Assembly (NCBI GenBank): GCA_036172245.1
Contig: JAYWIR010000001.1
Location: 5,084,001-5,148,000, forward strand
Reading direction: 5' to 3'
Source: Raillietiella orientalis
Taxonomy: Eukaryota
Length of the DNA stretch: 64,000 nucleotides
Below, in pieces: positions 26,770 through 39,556 of the stretch (position 1 is the stretch's first letter; each line of letters begins with the position of its first letter). Under the pieces are notes generated by a model. That model was not told where the DNA came from and made no database searches. It worked only from the letters and a program-made list of their open reading frames with translations. The position numbers and the translations under genes were made by a program.

Positions 26770-27999
26770 AAATCCCGTGTCGAACAGTCGCAAGGATGCG
26801 GGTTCTGGTGGAGGTTCCTACGGCAAGCAGATTGATGTGGATCACCGGAGTGGTATCCAGCATGCATCGTCCACGGGCTGAGCGCCATCACCCTCTCGGA
26901 AGGAAGAGGCACCAGGAAGCCTGTCCTTCTCATCTTTTCCTCTCGCTCAGCGGCTAGACCCACGATGAAGCAGCCAGGCGAGATGCTCGCCGAAGTCCGG
27001 GCCCTCCGACGGGTGGGCTCGGACCCCACGATGAGCCTTCGGACTTGCCGGCGCCGCGTGCGCTCGCAGATCGCGTCCGTGAGGGAATTCCCCACGCTGC
27101 CGCTTTGGCTTCCTCGGTTGCCATGACAGATGCGGGCAGGGCGAGGAGGAGCGCCTGGTCGAGAGCGCGATCGCCGCGCATCGCTTCAAGAGTCCGGGGA
27201 TTCCGACGCGACGGCCGCAACCGCTGCGTGTCCTTCAGCAGTTGTATTCCAGGCAAGCAACCCCTCCCTCCAGAGGCCGACCAGACGGGAGTCTCTGGAA
27301 AGATGCGGCGTCGGCTGAGAGGCGGAAAGAGGAGGATCCGAAGAACGGTCGAAAACGGAAGGACTTGCGGAAGTTCCCGTCGGCGCAGCTCTGTCCTTCG
27401 GACGACGGATCTCTCTCGGTCCTGTTGGCTCCGGAACGCGAAGAGGCTGCCTATAGAGGGGCGCGCGGGTCCCCCGAAACCACGTCTTCTGTGAGCCGCT
27501 CGGCGAGGACCGCTACCCGAGGAAGGGACCTTAGTCGGCGAGGCGAGAAGGACCGGAAGCGCGAGACTCGGCTACAGATGGTTTGGAGAGCGCTTCTGGA
27601 GCAGACAGGGCGCTCCCGGAGCCACAGCGCACGGCCTGGTGCGTTGCAATTGGCAGCTCGTCGGGGCGGCGGCTGTCGGAGTCGCCCCTGGGCCGATCAC
27701 AACGGATGAAGTGAGTCGCACCAGCAAGTGACGCGCGCGGGCTGTTTTATCGATCTCGGCAGCATCCGCACTCTCACTGGGTTCAAAAGGACACTCAGAG
27801 AAGAAAAGGAACTCAAAAAGAGAGTTCTTTTTCTCTCTGATCTGCGCACGTTTTCATTTGTTTATTTATTCTTTTGCATATAAAATAGTCATTCATCATG
27901 GTCACTCGGAAATCATCCACCATATCGTAGGGACACTTCGCTCATAGCCGAAAGGCCGAGAAGCGACGCGTGCTTTTTCTTACCCTTTTCTGGGGATCG

Positions 28000-28430
28000 C
28001 CACTTCAGAATGTAGAAGCCCGCTGCTCCCTTCGGGAGAGTCCTTCAGAGGAAATTTGGCAGCGTCGCTTCGAGGTTCTCTTCAGAGGAGGGACGAAGAA
28101 CAAGATAGAAGAGGAGGAAGGAATAAGGTGGAGGAGGTGGGGGGGAAGTAAAGAAGGAGCGAATCCCTTCCAGGGGGACCCTCTGGAGAAGAAGCCAGGA
28201 GTGGCTCCCTCCAGGAGGTGCCTCTGGAGAGGATAAGGAAGGTGTTTCCTTCGGGGTTCCCTCCCAAGAGTGCGAGAGGAACAGACTTCTTCCTCCAGAG
28301 CCTTCCTGAATTCACAGAGTGGTCCCTCCGGGGCACCCCCTAACTTGAAGAGTCACACGCACCCTCGGGTGGCGCGGACGGTGTCAAATAGCTTCGTGAT
28401 CTCCGCCCTAAGGAGATGAGAGGTTCCTCA
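28000..28430 (+). mobile_element. Dispersed repeat copy of the same family
   Basis: CAGAATGTAGAAGCCCGCTGCTCC ... CTTGAAGAGTCACACGCAC is homologous to 36330-36790 (+) and 53810-54150 (-). Confidence 0.65.
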
Positions 28431-28499
28431 GAGCTCCTGGAGGATGAATAATAAAAAGAAAAAATCTGGAAGAAAAGCAGAAGAACCCACAGGATTCCC

Positions 28500-28780
28500 A
28501 TCATCAGTTGTCAACAATCAACATCGCTTAGAAATCATCCACCCTGTTACAGAGTCTGCATGCCTCGGGAAGACGGTTCGCCCCCTGAAGACAGTTCCGT
28601 TCTTTGAATCTGGCCATCGATCCTGTCGGCGGGGATCCATTCCTCGGAGCACATTGCTGCGCCAGTGGAAGGTTCCACTGCTGGCGCAACTCGCCAAGAT
28701 CTTGAAATCGCTGCCGCTACTTCCCATTTCGCGGCTTCCCGTCGAGGTGGCAGGGAGGAGGGATGGCTTCCTCCAGAGCA
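28500..28780 (-). mobile_element. Decayed RT fragment (domains 1-3)
   Basis: SLLP...SDFKILASC...HADSVTGW (cf. DFKILA...AFDSVxW). Confidence 0.4.
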
Positions 28781-30199
28781 ACCTCCGAAGCACGCCACCC
28801 CGTGAGTCCTGGGAGCACCGTGGTGCCTTCGGACCACTGGATTCGTCCATCCCTCTCTCGTCATCGTTACGCGTGGCTCCTTGCACGGGACGACGCGTTT
28901 CCTCCTCGGCGGAGCGGGACCTCCTGCCCTCGCGATCCGCGGACGAAGATGCTTTCAGAGCCCTTGGTTAAGAGTGGTCGAGGGTTCTTCCACCCTCCGT
29001 GTCTCCTCCCGCGCGACGACGTCCTGAACTTTGCCGGTGTCTCACTTCTTTGCCCGATATCTCCAGGAGGAGGACAGAAAGAACTCCCGGATACCGGGAA
29101 AGAGCTCGGCGTGGAGCAGAGGCACTCGAAAGGATCCCACCAGGAGCCGTGGTCCCTTACACAGCCACGAGGCGTCCCTGTCCAGCTCCGGGGACGGACC
29201 ACGTGCTCGCGCCCCGTTCCGCAGTCGATCGAGCTCTGGGCCGTGCTGCGGGAGCAGCACTCTGCGGCTCCCCAGTCCGAGATTCCCGACGGAAAGCAGA
29301 AAATTTGTATCTGGGATGCGTTCCGAGCGGGAGCGTCGCATCGCTGCAATCTTCGAAAGCTCTCTCCTCGATGCATCCCGGCGCTGCCTCTAGCGCGACA
29401 GTTTCAGAGGATAAAGCAGTCCATAAATTTGCACAAGATGTTAGATTTTATCAAGGATTCCTGTCACTTTTGATCAACCAAATGCATTTTCGGCCGCGCT
29501 TCCTCACAAGCAAGCGATTGCTTGTCGTCTCTCCCGAAGAACACGCTATTCGCATGATTTTATTCAGTGAAAGTGCTTGGAATATGAGATCTGATATTTG
29601 TTTTATCTCCATGAGCGTTGCATTAGCTGTCAAAAGCAAGAGGAACGTGACCCGAGAGGATTGCTCGGGGACCGCAACAACCGCGCCGTGTTGTCTTTGT
29701 GTCCCAGAGCAGAGTTCAACAAACAGAATTTGATGGCTCAGCCACGGTACGCTCCCTGCAGATGGAAATTCGGAAGGGGGGGGGGGGGGGGGGTTCGCGT
29801 GTGCGTGCACGTGCAACAATGCGCTAGGTCCCGTTTCCAAGGCTACGGCGGCCAGCGAGCGCGGACGGGCCCGTTCTCTGGCGGCGGCCAGTAGTGCCAA
29901 TTAGACGAAAAAATTGGCGAGCAGAAAAGCGGTTGCCAAAGTTCACGCAGCTGTGCTTTTGGACGTGGCGTGGACTTTTTGAGCGCACCGCATGGCAGCC
30001 ACCCGAATCCACGCAACCGGAAGGAAGAGGACCATCCAACGGCCGCGGCCGCAAACGCTTAGGGCAGCAGATCCGGCGCCCTCACAGGTGAGGGAACCCT
30101 CGTGTTCGAGCAGAACCCGCCAGCCCAATCCCCCTGCTTTTCGGATTTACGGAGTGGTCACCCTTCCAGGGTATGCGCCAGGGCGATCCCTGGAAGGTG

Positions 30200-30290
30200 A
30201 CCAGAATGTAAGAAGCCCGCTGCTCCTTTGGGAGCGACCCTTCAGCGAAAATTGGACAGCGTCCCTTCGGGGTTTTCTTCAGAGGAGAGA
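30200..30290 (+). repeat. Short fourth copy of the dispersed repeat
   Basis: CAGAATGTAAGAAGCCCGCTGCTCC...CAGCGTCCCTTCGGGGTTTTCTTCAGAGGAG aligns to 28005-28090. Confidence 0.65.
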
Positions 30291-33256
30291 CGAAGGACAA
30301 GAAAAAAGAGAGAAGGAGACGTCTCCGCGGATGCGTGTCGTTCGTCCACTCTCCGCAAGAGAGGAGGGCGTTTCTACCTCCCTCCCTCCCCCCCCCCTTC
30401 CGCCCCCGCCTCGCGGAGAAACGTCCAAGATACGACGACACCTCTGTTTTCGGTGCTCACCGAAGCCGTCAGCTAGTCGGTGCCGAAGAGAGTAACAGAA
30501 CCTCCTTGGGTACAAGTTTGCACTACCATGGAGACTGTGCTCGCTCTAAAACTTGCATTTCCTTTCTTTCCTTTTTCCCCTTTGTGGAATTCCGCACGCA
30601 CACGCTTGCGGCCGTCTGCTGATTCAAAGGGAAGGAACCGTTTTCACTTTCGCTTTCGTTCGACGCGACTCACTCGTTCGTTTGCTCGCTGCAAAAGAAA
30701 GGCTGGTGGAAACGTTGCCCTGCGATCCAACTTGCGAGGAACTGGGAATGTGTTTTGTATGTGTGTGTTTTTGAGTGAGTGCGTGCGACTGTCGCTTGGA
30801 AACTGCAAGCGCGCTCGCCGCGAGGGAGGACTCTCCAGAAATGCGTGCGCGGCCCGTATTTGCGCCAGACCAGCTCGTCCTCGTAACCAGCGAAGGGAAG
30901 GAAGGGGGGGGGGGGGGGTGAGGCTGGATGGCTGCTCCGTGCGGACCAAGTTTATGGCTGCAGATGAGCTTTTAATCTCCCTAGGAGGTTCGTCCTGCCT
31001 CCGTTCCACGCTTGCGCGAACAAGGGTCGCCCTTCCTCGAGATGGGAATGAGAACCTCTGGTTTTTTTTTGTGTTGTTGTTGTTGTTGTTTTCCACAGGA
31101 GGAGGAGGGTACGTGCTAGCGCGAGAGAGGGAGAGAGGTAGGAGGAATAGCCTGCGAGCTTGTGGGCCGCTTCCATCAGCAGCAGGCAGGGAGGTTCCCT
31201 CCCTCCCTCTTCTTCGTTTGCTGCTGCCGCTGCTTCCCAGCACATCCCAGCGATCGAGGCAAGGTCACAGGGCGCGCATATGGAACGGCGTACATCCCTC
31301 CTCCTCCCGCTGCGAGAAAGGGATGCTGCGGGAGGGGAGGGTCTCCTCGAAAACGCCGAAAGGCTGCGCGTTTCTATGGATACAACCGTTTTCCGAACGA
31401 GCGGCTTTGCAGGAGAGATACGAGCGCAAAAAGCGCTCCAGCGATGAGCAACCGGGAGGAAGACGCTGCGGGAACGATGCATAAACCAAATTTAATCACG
31501 CGTTTCGCCGACAGTAATCGTCTTTATCGGGATGGTTCGTTGTCGGTAGCCCCGTGAAATATCGTCCTGCTCAGCAATACCCCGGCAACGCATCGCAGCG
31601 TTGTTGCTGTCCCGCCTCCTCCTCTTTCCTCTTCCTTTTTTTGTTTTCCTCTTTCTCTCTCTCCCTCTCCTTCTCTCCCTCTTTCTTTCTTTTCTTTTCT
31701 TTTTTTTCTTTCTTTTTTTTTTTTTTTAATATCCCGTCCCAGAAAGAACACGCTCTTGAGAATTCTGCTTCCTCTTCCGGAATTGATGGCGTTCTGGTAA
31801 TCCCATGATGCATTCGCAGATGTGGGGAAGGGGGAGGAGGAGGAGGAGGAGGAGGAACGAGACAAAAAGAGAAGAGGAGGAATCGAAATGAAAATTTCGT
31901 ACGAACGGGTGCCGCGGGGCGAAAATCCTGGCATTGTCGGGCGAAATCCGCTGGCGCGGGGGCTCGACGAATCCGCTGGCGCGATTTTTCTTCGGGAAAC
32001 CCGGGAAAGGGGTTTCGGGGAATCGGTCGCGATCCGGAAGGATTCCGGTTTAATGCGGGTCCGGGTGGAAAGCAGGTTTCCTCCTCCTCCCGGAGGAAGG
32101 ATTACGGGCCGCCTTCGTCCTGGAAAGATGGAATTGAATTCCGGGTTTTCGACCCCACTCGCCCCCGTTTCCTCGTAGGCGGACTCGGGCCTCCGCCTCC
32201 GGAAGGCGCGCCAGGACGTCAGGGCAGGGGGGAATTTCTCTTCCTCCCCATTCCCTTCGTTTCCCTTTTTCCTCCTCTTCCCCTCTGTCCCCGCGAGCTC
32301 TGTCCCAGCCCGTGCCTGGATCTCGGCTCCAGTTTTCTTCTCTTTCCTTTCCCCTCCCCCTTTTGTCCCTTCCCCGGGCCGGGAGACGTCGGGAAGCCTT
32401 TCTCTGAGCCGACTACGAAACCTCGCAGGCAGCGGCGGTGGCGTCACGCTCGCCGCAAAGCTCAATACCCGCGCGCCAGCGCACCCGTAGCTCCAGTGAC
32501 GGCGCACCCCAAGCCAGGAAGGAAGAAGGAAAGGAAGATCGATTCTCACTGCCCCTAGGGGGCACGTTGGTTTTCCCCTTCTCTTCTCCGACCGGAGCCC
32601 ACCGGAAGAAGGCTCCGGGCCCGAAGGAACCCACCGAACTCGCGTGTAGGCCAGGAACGTGCGTCACGCGTAGGCTCGCATATAGAAACACATGCCTGAG
32701 GACCCCCCCCCCCTTTTCTGTGCCCGTCCGCCCTCCCGGAGAACCCTCCGAGCACCCAATGCGGACTCCGCTTCCCGGGCGACGCGCGTTCGCGCGCCTC
32801 CCTCCCCGCGTGCGGAACACGTGTGCGTGGCACTGCTGCTGCACGCCGGGGAAGGCAGCGTCCCAGCTAGCACGCATGTCCGTGATCCGCACGAGCGAGC
32901 GTTTTCCGTTCCGCGATGCGCGGTGCGTTCGCCGCGCGTGCGGACCGAGGGAAGTCGAAGAGCGTTCGCCGTTTCCGAGCCGCTGGAACCCTCGAAATCC
33001 AGGAACCATCAATCACCGGGGCGAAAGAAGGGTGCCAACCCCATGCTAACCCTGCACTCGTCCCTGACGGACGTGAGCACGTGTTCCATTAGGCAGCATC
33101 TTTGAGATGTCGGCGATAAAAAATCAAACACCTCGAAGAGTCCGAATCGGAGGGCGCTGTAATCGCGCGACAGGAAGAAACCGCCATCTCGACGCAGCTT
33201 CCATCCTGCCCTCGCGCTGAATCCTCGGCGCCGCTGCTGCTGCGCTGAGTTCTCCC

Positions 33257-33903
33257 TTGCAACGCCTACCGGCATCACTGGACAGGAGGGGGGAAGTGGA
33301 CCCGAACTGTGCCAGGTGTGAGGAGCGCGAATCCTTCCCCCACCTGCTTGTGGACTGTGTTGCTGCCCTCGGACCCCTCTGGAAGCGCTTCGCCGCGATC
33401 CTAGAAACCTCCGGGAGCGATTTCAGGGACGTTCTGAAATCCGTCCTCGTTCGCGACGCCCTTTGACCGGCAGCTCCGCTAGCAGCACTGTGCTGCCTAC
33501 GCGGGATCGTAGTTGTCTGGAGCGACGCAAGAGGGCCCAGCGACAGGGGTGCCACATCCACTTCTCCGTCCGCTTCACGAGGATGGCAACGAGATGACCC
33601 ACCTGGGAAACGTCATCTAGCGAGAGCTTGCTGACATCCTTTAAAGGATGCTGAGGAGCGTCCCCAGCAGAACGCAGTCCCTTCCCACCCACCAATTTAT
33701 TTATTTATCTTTATTTTTGTTTCTTTTTGTTGTTGTAATTTACTCCCCTCCCATCTTCTGCCCTGACGGACCTCACCGGCCTGCGTACTGGTAACCTGGC
33801 AGCTCCCGTTGAATTGCACATGGACCACTGGTCCAACCACAGAGACTGTGATTGTTTATTTCTTTGTATATGAAATAAACTCCCCGGAGCACCCGGATGA
33901 CAA
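33257..33903 (+). mobile_element. 3' end of an L1/Tx1-like non-LTR retrotransposon (C-terminal CCHC zinc finger and 3' UTR)
   Basis: RLPASLDRRGEVDPNCARCEERESFPHLLVDC...LWKRF fits the zf-RVT pattern C-x2-C...E[ST]xxHL..C...W. It is followed by a T-rich UTR and AATAAA at 33874. The UTR is homologous to 52754-52940 (minus). Confidence 0.75.
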
Positions 33904-34440
33904 TGCATACCGCCCTCGAGGACGGTGGTGCGCTCTTGCGGGCGAGAGAGCGCTGGTACCTCCTCCCTTCGCCCCCCTCCTGCCCCTCCGTTTCGGTGTG
34001 CACCGCGCCCTCGTCAGGCACCCTTGGCAGGGTCGTACGTTGGCGGCCGGAGACGGGGACGGTGCAGACGCCGCCTCTTCGCGGCGAGGCGCCACGTCAT
34101 CCCTCCGGGAACTCGTCACACCGTGGCCGATTCGGCAAAGGAAGGGAAGGACGGAGGGAGGGGGAGCAAGGAGTGCATAAATCAGAATTACTGGGGATCT
34201 TTCGCGATGCACATCTGAATAATTGTATTACGTCTCGGCCTGTATATCATGCTTACGTCACATCAAGCCCTACGGAGATGCATGTTAAGCAGGGACCCCG
34301 CGAAAACGCTTTCTGGCGGCTCGGCAGTCCCACTAAACTCGTCCCGGAACCGGCCGAACAGTCTCCCGATGCTTTGAGATGGCCCAGGACTCGAGGGATG
34401 GTCGGAGCTGCATCACCCCCTGCATCGGAACGCTGCACGC

Positions 34441-35375
34441 GGTTTCTTTCTGGGAGATCTCTCCGAATCCCCGGTTCGTTCGACGGTTGCCTGGGAAACT
34501 GTGCAGTTTCGAATTCCGCGCCTTCGGGGGAGGAATAAGAAGAGTTTGGGAGTGCCGCGAAGGAGCCAACCCTCCTCGAAATGCACAGCCGGATCCTCTA
34601 TGGAGGAGGCTGCTGCAACCATGACCAGGAGTGAAGACGGGAGCACAGCGGCAGAGGAAGGGGGGATTTGGAAGGGAAGTGCCGGAAGAGGAGGAATCCG
34701 CCCGGCTTGAGCTGCCGGTGCCGTCTAGACGTTCTCGTCCGCAACGGGAGCGGTGCGCCACCGAGCTCTCAGTGGACTCTCCCTGAACGAGCGGGAGGAG
34801 AGAGGAAAAGAACAGGCGTCGCGGGGTGGAGGCGGGAGGGGGGGGGGGGTAACACGCTCCCGTCTTTGTTCCCGATTTCCAGCGCCGAAACCTCCTCCTT
34901 CCTCCAAGATCCGGAGTGCATCTTTGAGTTCTTTGCCCGAGGCGGAATTCGAAACCGGTACAAGCGAGGACGACGGGAGGGACCTCAGTGTGAGTGTGGG
35001 TGGGACACGAGGGAGTAGAGGCTCTCGACGGCGTTCCCGGAATTCCCTTTCGAGGGCGGCTGCGAGTCCGGAGATTTCCCTAGCAACGATCAAGGTCTCT
35101 ATTCTTCCGCCGGCTGGCTGCACGGTGCAGATCCTTCCTGACTCCCGTCTGCCCTCCGTCTTCCCCCCTCCTCTCCTGTCTTCACTCCTGGTCACTGGTC
35201 GCAGCAGCCTTCTCCCTTGAGGTTCCAGCCGTGTATTCCGAGGAGGGAGGGCGCTATCGAAGCACTCCCGAACTCTCCTTCCTCCTCCGAAGGCGCGGAA
35301 TTCGAAACTGCGCAGTTTCCCCGGCAATCTCTGGATCAATCGAGATTCGGAGAGATCCCCCGAAAGGAGCCCTGG
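34441..35375. repeat. Diverged ~210-bp inverted repeat (34441-34650 vs 35165-35375)
   Basis: Shared blocks GATCTCTCCGAATC, GGGAAACTGYGCAGTTTCGAATTCCGCGCCTTCGG and TGACCAGGAGTGAAGAC in opposite orientation. Confidence 0.85.
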
Positions 35376-36164
35376 TCGAAAAAGAATTAGCATTCCGATG
35401 GCAAGCGGACTAGGTCCCGAAGAGTGCGATGAAGAGGAAGAGGGTCTTTATGGGTGCTCGGGAAAGGAGGAAACGGGGCGACCTGGGTCCCATAACCGCG
35501 GCATTACTCGGATCCGAATGGCTGGAGGGGAGGAGGGGGATTCGCGTTCCGCATCCCAGCAGGCGCGGCACCAGCGCCGCGTTCCCATCTCCCTTCCCAC
35601 GGCTTCCTTCTCGCGCAGTCAAGTGCTCGAGAAAGCGCCTTCTCTCCGGAGGCACGGAGAGGGGGGAGGAGAAAAGTTATCTTCCTCCTTTGCTGTTCAG
35701 AAGGGCCCCAGGAGCAGCGGTCGCCATGGAGCCCCAGGAAACGAGCACTGCTTCGCAGAGATGGCCGGATGCTGAGATCCCTCGGACTCGCGCCGAACCT
35801 TTCCCCCCTGATTCACGCGTGGTCTCTCCCTCTGCTCGCGCTGCAGCCGGTCCGCCTATCCAGGATCCACGCCCTCCGCGGTGGTCGTCCACACTCGTGC
35901 TGTAGTGTTCCTCTTCATCCCTCCACAGCCGTTTCGAAATCCATCCTGTTCCAACACCGCCCTCTTTCATCACCGAACCATCACCACCACCTGCCCGCGT
36001 CGGAGGCCGTGTGGTTACGGTGGTCTCTGCGCGTGGCACCACCAAGCGTCGCGGGTTCGGATACTCCGAAATGAATCGGAGCAGTGCGTCGTGGGTCGAA
36101 TTCCTCCCGCAAGATGACGCTGGTTGGACTGCATTCATTCGGGGGAGGCACTGGTCGCGGTTCA

Positions 36165-36850
36165 AGCCGGATGCCCCAGATGAGGGCCGGGACAATGGGA
36201 GTCGACCTTCGGGTTCTTCCAGGAATCAAGGAGTGGGAGTTTCCTTCCGATTGTGAAGTAATGGACCTCCCATTCCGGGGGACCCTCCGCGTCGTACTGA
36301 TGGAGTCGGTGTGTCGCCACCTCTCCAAAGAGTGCAGGGAAGCGAGCCGCTTCCTTCGGGGAAGCAGCTCCCTTCTGAATTTCGGAAGCGTCCCTTCGGA
36401 GTTCTCTTTAGAGGAGTAAACAGGAACGGATCCCTTGCAGGGGATCCGCTCCTGTTTGGATCCGCTCTTGTAGGGGTTCCTCCAGAGAAGAAATCCTTAC
36501 TAGCGGATCCTTTTCGGTTTCCCTTCGGAGGATAAAACATTGGAGCGGACCCTCCCGGTAGTTTCTCCAGAGAGAATAAGGAAGGAGATTCCGTTCGGGG
36601 TTCCCCTTCGAAGACAACCAGGGTGGAAGAGATCTCCATTTCCGGAGATCCCTCCCAGGCGTGAGAGGAACGGACTTCGAGCCCTTCCTGGATTCATAGG
36701 AACTACCACTTCCGGGGTGCCCCCTATCTTGAAGAGTTACACGCACTCTCGGATGACGTGGAGCAGCGTGAAAGAGCTGCGCGGACCATCAGGCTCGCGA
36801 CTACTGTTGAGGTACTCAGCGAACCACCACCACCACCGCGAGCGCACTGG
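36165..36850 (+). mobile_element. Dispersed repeat copy; putative ORF1 end / endonuclease start of the L1/Tx1-like family
   Basis: Shares blocks such as GAAGAGTYACACGCA and GACGTGGARCAGCGTSAAAGAGCT with the 28.0-28.4 kb and 53.8-54.3 kb copies. Peptide MTWSSVKELRGP / VTWNSVKELRESP resembles the APE endonuclease N-terminal TWNV.GL motif (inference). Confidence 0.6.
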
Positions 36851-39254
36851 AACTCGAAGAACAGCCACCGAGTCGCGCAACCGACAGCTGCAAGGTCGCG
36901 GCTCGCGGCACCCGCGATGGCCGCGGTCCTCGGCTGACCACGGTTGGCTGTGGAGTTACTGCGGGCACAGTCCAGGACCGACAGGAAGCTGGGCTTTGGA
37001 CAGACCCCGGGAAGGAAATTCGTGTCCTTCGGGGCACTTCGGAATGGCCTGCAGAAGGAACGAGGGACTCCGTGACCCGTGCTCGGGATAACCCCGCGGT
37101 GCGGAGGAGACCTCCGAGAATTCCTGCAACCCTTCGGAGGCCGCCAGAGGTCCCGAAGGCAGTCTGAGCGACCGGACGAAAAAGCCGCAGGAGGCGTCGC
37201 GCGATCCTGGAAAAAGGAAGGCAGCGTTCTGCGTTCCCAAAGGCGGTGCGGGCAGGAGGGGAGGCGAGCTAAAGAGGGTGGGAAGTGTTGCAGACGTCGC
37301 TTTCACTCCGCAGCGACCCACTGCGTGCATCTTCCCGCGCGGACGCTGACGATCCGCCTGCGAAAAAAGTGGAAGAGTGCGTTCCTCCCGGACGAGCCAC
37401 GCTATGGGCGCGGGCGGTATCGCTTCGGTGGTGGGAGGACAGCGGACTGGGGGGAGGCAGAAAAGGAAGCACTCTGTGCACCTCCGGAGGACGGAAACGG
37501 ACCTCTGCAGCGATTGATCGGACCCCAGAAACTCCCCTGGTGAAAGAAGACAGTGACATGTGAGTAGGAGCAAGCAGGCTGAGGTCAAAGCGGAGGGAGG
37601 AGAAGGAAGGGAGGGGGGATTGGAAGTCCCTCTTCCTGCGACATTGTCTCCCTCGTCCGGAAACCGCGCTTCCTCGGCGATCCTCTACTGTGGGATGCCT
37701 GTCGTCGCCACGCAATGCTCTTCAATCTTCGAGAGTCGCCGTCCTCGGTGGCAGCTTCTCAAAACGGTCATCCTCCTTTCTCCTCTCTGTCCCCCCTTCC
37801 CTTTCACCTCATGCAGGGATGCTCGCAGCAGACTCCACTGCTGCTACACGAGCAAGAGTGGTCCTTCCTCTTCCGTGATTGCCATCTCTGGAGACAACCT
37901 CGTCCCAGATGACAGCCTCCCAGTGCCTTCGTCTCCGCAAGAGAGGCAAAGAAAGAAGGAAAAGCAGTCAGGGAAGGAGGAGAGAGTGGCAGTGCACGTG
38001 CACGTGCGCACACAAGAGCGCGCTGTAAGGATCACACGTATCGTGCGAGCAGACCACCGCCGGTATTCCATTGGGCTTGGCGCTCGCTGCAGAAGGCGAA
38101 AGGGCAGGACAGCAGCAGCGCTGCATGCCTCATGGAGGATACCGGCTCATACTCGACTCACTCCCACCACGAGCTGCTTTCCTACGCGCGTCCCTCCTAC
38201 CCCTGCGTGCGCGCTCCCTCCTTTCGCCGGGTTGGCCTCCAGCTCTGGACCGCTGGGAGTGCCGCTACCTTCCTGGAGTGACGTCACACACCACGAGCCG
38301 GGCTGCTGCCGCGTTCGGCGGCGGCGCTTTTTACCCATTGCCGCTGCTGCTGCTGTTGTCCGCCTTTCGTCGAAGCCTCGTCGTCGACCCACCCACCCAC
38401 CACCTCCGCCCTCGTTTTTTTTCTTCGTTTTCCTTCGGGACTCGGCAGGTCGAGAGACGAGCCCAGTGCGCCTCCCGGCCAGCCGAGCGGGCCCGAGCCT
38501 TCGCCTTCCTCACAGCAAGATTGCAAGAATCTTCCCCTCGTCCCCGGCCCTCAAGAGGTCCCCGCGAAGAGACCGTTCCCTCGCACTTTCTTGGCACCTT
38601 TCCACTGGTTGCGGAGGGAATCCCTCCGCGCCGATTTGCTGCCCCCGGGGTGTCCCCGGCTTGCGCCCGCGGAAGAGTAGGAGGAGGAGGAGGAGTGGCG
38701 GCGGCGGCGGCGGCGTGCCGCGCGCGGATCGATGCCAAGCCCCCGAGTTTGCCCCCTCGCGCCCGGGAACAAATTGCACCGCCAAGACCATTCTTCTTCG
38801 GCGCATGGCCCGCGAGGTGACGTTTACGAGTGCCGTGCGGTTTTAAGCGGGGGCCGGCGCTGGAGACGCGCGCGCCCGAGTGCCGTCATAAAAGTTTACG
38901 ACCCGCGGAGGGGTGAGGGTGACGCGAGCGAGGGATTGGCGCGCGGTCGCCTCAGGGACGGTCTGACTCTCGGCTCGGATTGGCCTCGGGAACGTCTCTG
39001 CCGACGGGGAAGGGGAGGAGAAGATTCCTCTTCCGGGTGGGAGAGGGCGCGCGCTCACCGGAAGTCTCGGTTTTCCTCCCTGCTTGCCTACCTAACCCCC
39101 TCTCCTTCCTAGAGGAAAGCAGGAGGAGGTGTTCGATGAAGGGGCGGAGTCCTCTCAGTGGACCAGGGCTTCATACACCCCTGACATCAGTACGCCCCCT
39201 CGCCGGAAAAAAAGGGTCTCAACTGAGATGGGGACAGACGCTCACGTCTCTGCT

Positions 39255-39556
39255 GCTTCCTCTCCCTCTTCCTCCTCCTCCTTCCCTTCCTTCCCCTCCT
39301 TTTCCTCCCTTCCTCCACCTTCTCTTCCCTCCCTTTCTCCTCCTCCTCCCTTCCTCTGTTTCCATTTCCTTCCTTCTCCTCCTTTTCCTCACTTCCTCCG
39401 CCTTCTCTTCCTCGACCTTCTCTTTCCTTCTCCTCCCTCCCCTTCCCTCTCCCCCTTCCTTCCTCCATCTTCTCTTTTCTTCCTCCCTTCCTCCGCTTCC
39501 TCTTACTCCTCTTTCCTTCCTCCTCCTCTGTCCTTCCTTAGAATTCTTCCTCCTCC
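39255..39556. repeat. Polypyrimidine (TCC/CTT) low-complexity tract
   Basis: About 300 nt of almost pure C/T. Similar tracts lie at ~4765-4980, 10615-10735, 11730-11880 and 31615-31727. Confidence 0.9.
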
